Assembly: GCA_010093605.1 (NCBI GenBank)
Contig: MU004184.1
Span: 126,179 to 190,178 of the forward strand
Length of the DNA stretch: 64,000 nucleotides
Reading direction: 5' to 3'
Source of the DNA: Lophium mytilinum
Lineage: Eukaryota
Position numbers and translations under genes: made by a program. Positions 58,736 to 64,000 of the stretch are shown here, in pieces. Each line of letters opens with the position of its first letter. Position 1 is the first letter of the stretch. The notes beneath the pieces are model-generated. The model was not told the DNA's origin and did no database searches. It saw only the letters and a list, made by a program, of their open reading frames with translations.

Positions 58736-61700
58736 GCCTGCAACCGCGTTAGCAAAGAGCCACTGAAGAGCAGAAACGTTGAAGTGGAAAGGAATGAACG
58801 CGAACGACAGCATGAGGTGTATGAGCTGGAGAACCCGGATACGGCAATAAGACTACCATCGATGGATTTGAAGCTCCACTTTTGCATTGTGTGCCATTTC
58901 GAAAGTGCAAGAAGTGCGACGATGTTGGTCATTCTCCAGCGTCACAGCTACGCGCGGGTCCGATGGCCTCAGTCCGGATGACACTCCGTCGAGCCATCCA
59001 CATCCGCTGCTCACGTAGCCTGCGTTGTTCTCCGGCACCCGAGTCTGTGGAAGGCTAAGAGGAAGCCGACCACTTTCGACGGGGCGATGCCGGGTGGGGG
59101 GGATGAGGAAGGAAGAGAAGGTGTTGGTTGAGAAGAAGAGAAAATCACGTACCAGTTCGCCGCAGGAGAGACTCGGGCGACCCGAAATTTCTTGACCTTT
59201 GTCTTTCAGTTAGTGACGCTGCAGTGAGGTGGTTCTGTCGTGTGAGCCGACGTACCTGAAAAATGGTCCATTGCCAGGCCATCTCCTCCGCCGCACCAGC
59301 CAGCTCCACCCATGATTACCATCGCAAATGACCAGCGGGACATGGGAGAAGCGCACGAAGCCCAATCCACGGCTACGGCCAGTATCGCGGTCCTTCTCGG
59401 CCTGTGCATTTTAGTTAGTGATGCCATAGTGAAATAGTCTTGTCGTTGGGCTGACGTACCTGAAAAACTGCCTTGTCGCCAGCGCGAATTCCAAATCTCA
59501 ACGCGTCCCGGATGCCGCCACGGACATGCCGAAGGAGTTGATGCCGCAGGAGAATAGGCCGGAGCAAAGCCGACCACTGGTCTTGACCCGGATGGTCTTG
59601 CCTTCGTCGCAGAGGATATGGTTGTAGACCCGCTCGCGGACGGTCAAGGAGCAGCGGCACTGGCTCGACTTCAAGAGCAGCACAGATGTTGGCCAAAGCG
59701 CTCGAGCCGAAGGGAGGCGGCTCCGCATGATGAGCTTGCCAGCCTGGTATTCCGTGCGTAGGTCGAAGGTGCGCGAATGCTGTAGATACGGCGGCAAGAC
59801 CGGCCTTGTCGCGGGCCTCTCGGGGCCTGAGCGAAGACGTTAGATGGAGTGAAAGGGAAGGAATAGGATCTTGCTGAGCAGTGATTTTGATGGTTGTGGT
59901 GAAGGAGAGCGAGGACGAGTGTGTCGAGGAAGTGAAAAGATGATGACGAAACAGTGAACTTACCTCCCGCAGAGCACCCCGCTCCATTTCAAAACTGACA
60001 TTTCGCCAGTGGCGGTCAGGAGCCTGATGATCGAATGTCAGCATGATGAAGAGAGGAGAGTGGAAGATGGCGTTGTTGGATGGTGCTGATGACTGTCCTC
60101 GACAGCGACCAGCAGCGCCATGTTGCGGAGATGAGAAGCATCGTCGACAAGGAGTGATGAAGGAGTGAACGTACCGCCCGCAGCTCCCGACCCCCACAAG
60201 AAAAAAACACACCATAACCAACTGCAATGCAGCAGTTGATGGCCCGTAGGCACCGCACCCAGTTGTGTCGTGTCGTGATGAAGGAAGAAGAGTGGGTTGA
60301 GCTGGGCGTGAGAAGTTTTTAAGGCAGCCCCCGCACTAGCGCCTTGGCGCCAACACGTGACGTGCTGCCTGCTGCTCCACTTCACTGTGGCCGAGCTGAG
60401 ATTGTGCTGCGCCGGTTGGTGCCGGTTGGGGTAGCACGTGACGGCTTGTGGGTAGACACAAAGTTTAGAGTCACTCCGATTCGAGTTTGAGGGGTGCAAG
60501 AGCAGTAGTCTTGCCTCTTCAACCATGTCGCCAGTAGCAGGATGGTGTTTCTGCTCATGCCTGACCGGGAGTGGTTGGTGGTGTTGCAGAGGCTGTCACA
60601 TGCACGGTTGAAGCAGCCCGGTTCAGGCGTTCCCGTTGAAGTCACTCATATCACGATTGATTCACGAGCACGTTGAAGTATACAGTCAGATATCTATTGT
60701 GTTCTTCTATCCAAGAGCATCCTCCCTTCAAACAGCCCCATTCGACCCACACGCCTGCACCCGCTCTCGCATCTTCATTACCCCCCCAGGCGGACAGTCC
60801 TGCATTGATCTCGAAGTCAGCATGTACTCGCAATGTGAAAGCTTGCTTGAAGAGATGTGATGATGTATCGCGATTCAGACAAGTGTATTGTAATCATTGA
60901 TAACCAGGTTCTGACACCTTTGCCAGGACGATCGCAAAACTAGGTTTACTGCTGTTCAGGTGACCCCAAACCAGAAACGCATGTAGTGGTCAACGCCAAG
61001 GCGCAGGGCAGAATAATCCCAGTCATCTTAGCAGTATCTGTTGGCCCGAGGGCCGTCATCCTGGTAGCGGGGGGGTGGGGAGGTGCAGTGATGAAGGGGA
61101 GACGGTACGTACTTTGCGGAGAACGGCTGCGCCCCCAGCTAGGAGTCAGCTGCGAGAGAAAACGGATCTGGTCCTCGTTAACAACGATAACAAGAGGAGA
61201 ATTTTTGTATCGCAGCTAAAAACCTGAGCTCATGTGAGTGGATGTATGAGCCGAGCGTCCATTGATACTGGTTCCGATCCTCCACGGATGCAATTAGGAG
61301 TCGGGGATCATGCCCAAGCGTCACGGTCATTGCGCGGGATCAGAGTGCTTCTTACTTCTTTCGAAGTGGCATGACCGGAACTACCGTAGTAGTGAACATC
61401 TGCCTCAAACGCAAGACGGGATATCAATCTTGGCATCGCCGTCGAGAGCTCGGCTATGGGGAAGCCGAGTCGGATAGATGGAACTCCACAACGGAGTGGT
61501 GCCGACAATGCAAATCGCAAAGATGTTGAATTGGGGAAGACTTACGGGCTTCTTTTGGCGCTCACAAGTGCTGAGCCGTCGAGATCCCCACCGGAGCCAG
61601 ACCGGCATCCCCAAGACCCTTGCGGGGTCATCCTCTCGTTCTATCGCGATTTCGAATTTTTAGGGGGGTTTCCTGCGGTCTTTACTTGCCCCTCGCTGCT

Positions 61701-62729
61701 GGCATCCATATCAGGAAGACCATCGGGCGTGGAGATAATCGTGATTGGTGGACGCTGCGCGACGGTGGTGGTTCGCGCTTGGCTCGATGGGGAAATTTTC
61801 AACGTCGTCTCTTGAAGCGCTTGAGAGACGACCCACATCTCCCACCACGACAGGGTTTGGTAGAGCTCAGAGAAAGTCGAAAAAGAGAGAGGACATATGT
61901 TCGATGCACCTCAGAGGGGTTGGTGATGTTGATGTCGACGTGGTGCGGCGGGTGGCGATGGCGGGGTAGTGGAGGGGATTTGCAGTCGAAAGTCGAGAGA
62001 GGACGAGAGGACGCCTGGCGTTTGTGGCATGGCCATCTAACCACAGATTAGTGTCAAGAAGAGCTGTGAGAGGCCTCCGGAGGGGAGTGGTGTGGTCATC
62101 CGAGCTGGCTTACATCGCCCGACGGCATCGAGTCAGCAACCGAAGCTGGCCTGAGGCGCCGAGCGATGTTGAGTCTGCACAGTAGCTCAACACCACGAGT
62201 TCTCTGTGGAAGCCCTTGCCAATTGTATGACTAAGACCGTGCTGAGGCCACGTCGCTCAGATGGATGTTGTCCCGTATGCCTCCTCTCGTCAACCAGGTT
62301 CTTCCCGACGACAATGTCCTGGCAATTTCCCAGCTGTGTGACGGATAGCATCGAATCGGACTGTGTTTGGATGATGAGGGTGGATATGAGGAAGAGGGTC
62401 GGAAGGTAGAGAGTTGGAAGGGTAGAGGGTCGGAAGATAGGAAGGGGCTAGCGGAGGTCTAGTCGGTATTTTCGAATGTCTGGTATAGACGTGGTGTCAG
62501 TACGGCTGGATGTTGAGAAAACGAGCGGTCGGACCTACTGGAATGTAACTCGATCTTCATTCGCCTACGCAAAAAGTCCCTGTGATCAATTCGAGTCGCG
62601 CCGTCACGATGCAAGGAGCACCCGAGGGCTAAGAGAGAAAGCTTTCGATTTCAACTACCCAGACTCCCTGACCCTTCTACCGCGAACGGAAATCAAGAAA
62701 AGCTCATCGCTAAACGCATCGGGCTCTCT

Positions 62730-62888
62730 CCAGTTCTTGATCTCGACTCGGTGGGCGCCGAAGTCAGAGTCAGCCTTCTTGAACATGTCAGACTGAATAG
62801 TCTCCAGGAGTGCTGGGATGGCGTCCTTCAGGTCTGAGCTGGCTGTCTCTCGAGCTCGGTCCTTGTTGTCGATATCGCGGCGGGAGAG
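62730..62888 (-). pseudogene. Isolated fragment of the prolyl-tRNA synthetase anticodon-binding/C-terminal junction
   Basis: SRRDIDNKDRARETASSDLKDAIPALLETIQSDMFKKADSDFGAHRVEIKNW. It shares CCTTCTTGAACATGTCAGACTG with 53149-53170. Confidence 0.7.
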
Positions 62889-63273
62889 TTTCCAACAGCT
62901 AGCAGAGGTATCTTCTAGTAAGCTTCGAAAATTGGTTTGATTCCGGTGGGGCGCACAACGAACGCTCGGCTTGACTGGGGTGTTCAGAGGGAGGGGTCGA
63001 GTTGACTGTAGGAACGCGGCCAGGGCAGTGGGCGCTGGGGTTTGGCGAAACCGACTCCTTGTTTGTTGACCGACAGGGTATGAGAGCGAGCGCACCACCT
63101 TTCGAATAAGTCTCTGGTTAAGGATGGAGACGTAGGAGAGCGAGCGCACCGCATATCGGACGGTCTTCAGGTTGTAGGAACCCCATAGCTTGCTCTTGCT
63201 GGGTTACAGAGGACAAGGCGCTCGGAGCACAGCAACCATCACACAACTTCTTGATACGACGCTACACATCGAT

Positions 63274-63390
63274 GTTCTTGTCGTTCACGATGTAGACTGG
63301 AACATGAGGGCGAGAGGTGAACTTGTTTCTAGACACGAGCATCGCTGTATCCCTGTTCTTGTCGTTCACGATGCAGACCGGAACATGGGT
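63274..63390. repeat. 33-bp direct repeat, 81 bp apart
   Basis: GTTCTTGTCGTTCACGATG(T/C)AGAC(T/C)GGAACATG at 63274 and 63355. Confidence 0.85.
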
Positions 63391-64000
63391 TCTGGCTCAC
63401 GATGGTGATCTAGCGACAGTCGTTAGTAGGTCGTTAGAAGCAGGAGATGGAGTGGACTTACATCATATTGATACGTGGGCTTGGTGGGACGTACCCACTC
63501 CCGCCGCCAGTTCATCACGTCGAAGAAGAGGAACCGACCCCGCTCCTATTGCTACGAGATGCGGATTGGCTGTGGCAGCTCGGGGTCCTTCATCACCCAC
63601 TGCCGTAGGACCTTGTGCCACCGCCAGTCGCGACATGAGGGTGACGGCAATCTCCCGGCTCATCCTCAGAACCAAGCTCTGCCGGAACGTTTCAAAGGGT
63701 CAGCACCAAGAGCGGAGGTGCTCAAGGCAAAGGCTGTACATCAGGTCCGTGACACTCCGATTCGAGGAGAGTATCCCCATCGGCATCTTCCTTGCCAACC
63801 ACGGTGAGATCTCCGTGCTCGGAAAATCTTCACTTCCTGCAAGCGATTATGCTCCTCCAAAGGCACCCGGAGTCTGGACCTGTGGAGCGGGGGTGCTGGA
63901 TGTTGACGGCGAAGCTTGGAGAGGCGGGCAGGGCACGTATTGGTCGGTTGGCTGTGGGAAGTGGAAGTCGCTGTTGCTGGCGTCGCGGTAGCAGACTTCC

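Noticed and set aside
1..64000. Starship, Helitron or other autonomous transposon
   Set aside because: I could not recognise a tyrosine recombinase, Rep/helicase, DDE transposase or reverse-transcriptase motif in the ORF track. Degenerate remnants could be missed without an HMM search.

Overview
This is a eukaryotic window from a filamentous ascomycete, judged by GT..CTRAC..YAG introns, a cutinase and a fungal-type U6. Three conserved protein genes are recognisable: a divergent MmgE/PrpD-family gene cut by the window start, a 3-exon cutinase and a 2-exon class I SAM methyltransferase. There are two U6 snRNA genes with nearly identical mature sequence and complete Pol III promoters, in opposite orientation 38 kb apart. 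One is intronless. The other carries a 49-nt spliceosomal intron directly after the ACAGAGAAG box. Both have CACAGAGAA in place of the usual UACAGAGAA. The rest is gene-poor and looks accessory. It holds several small spliced orphan genes, stop-riddled pseudogenes and many degenerate tandem arrays, notably a motif array with a 172-173 bp period. It also holds a ~6 kb tract dense in 5'-splice-site-like hexamers, a locus built from tandemly duplicated exon+intron units, and displaced fragments of housekeeping genes (prolyl-tRNA synthetase, fibrillarin). I recognised no transposase, recombinase, tRNA or rRNA. All calls come from reading the sequence by eye; no searches were run.
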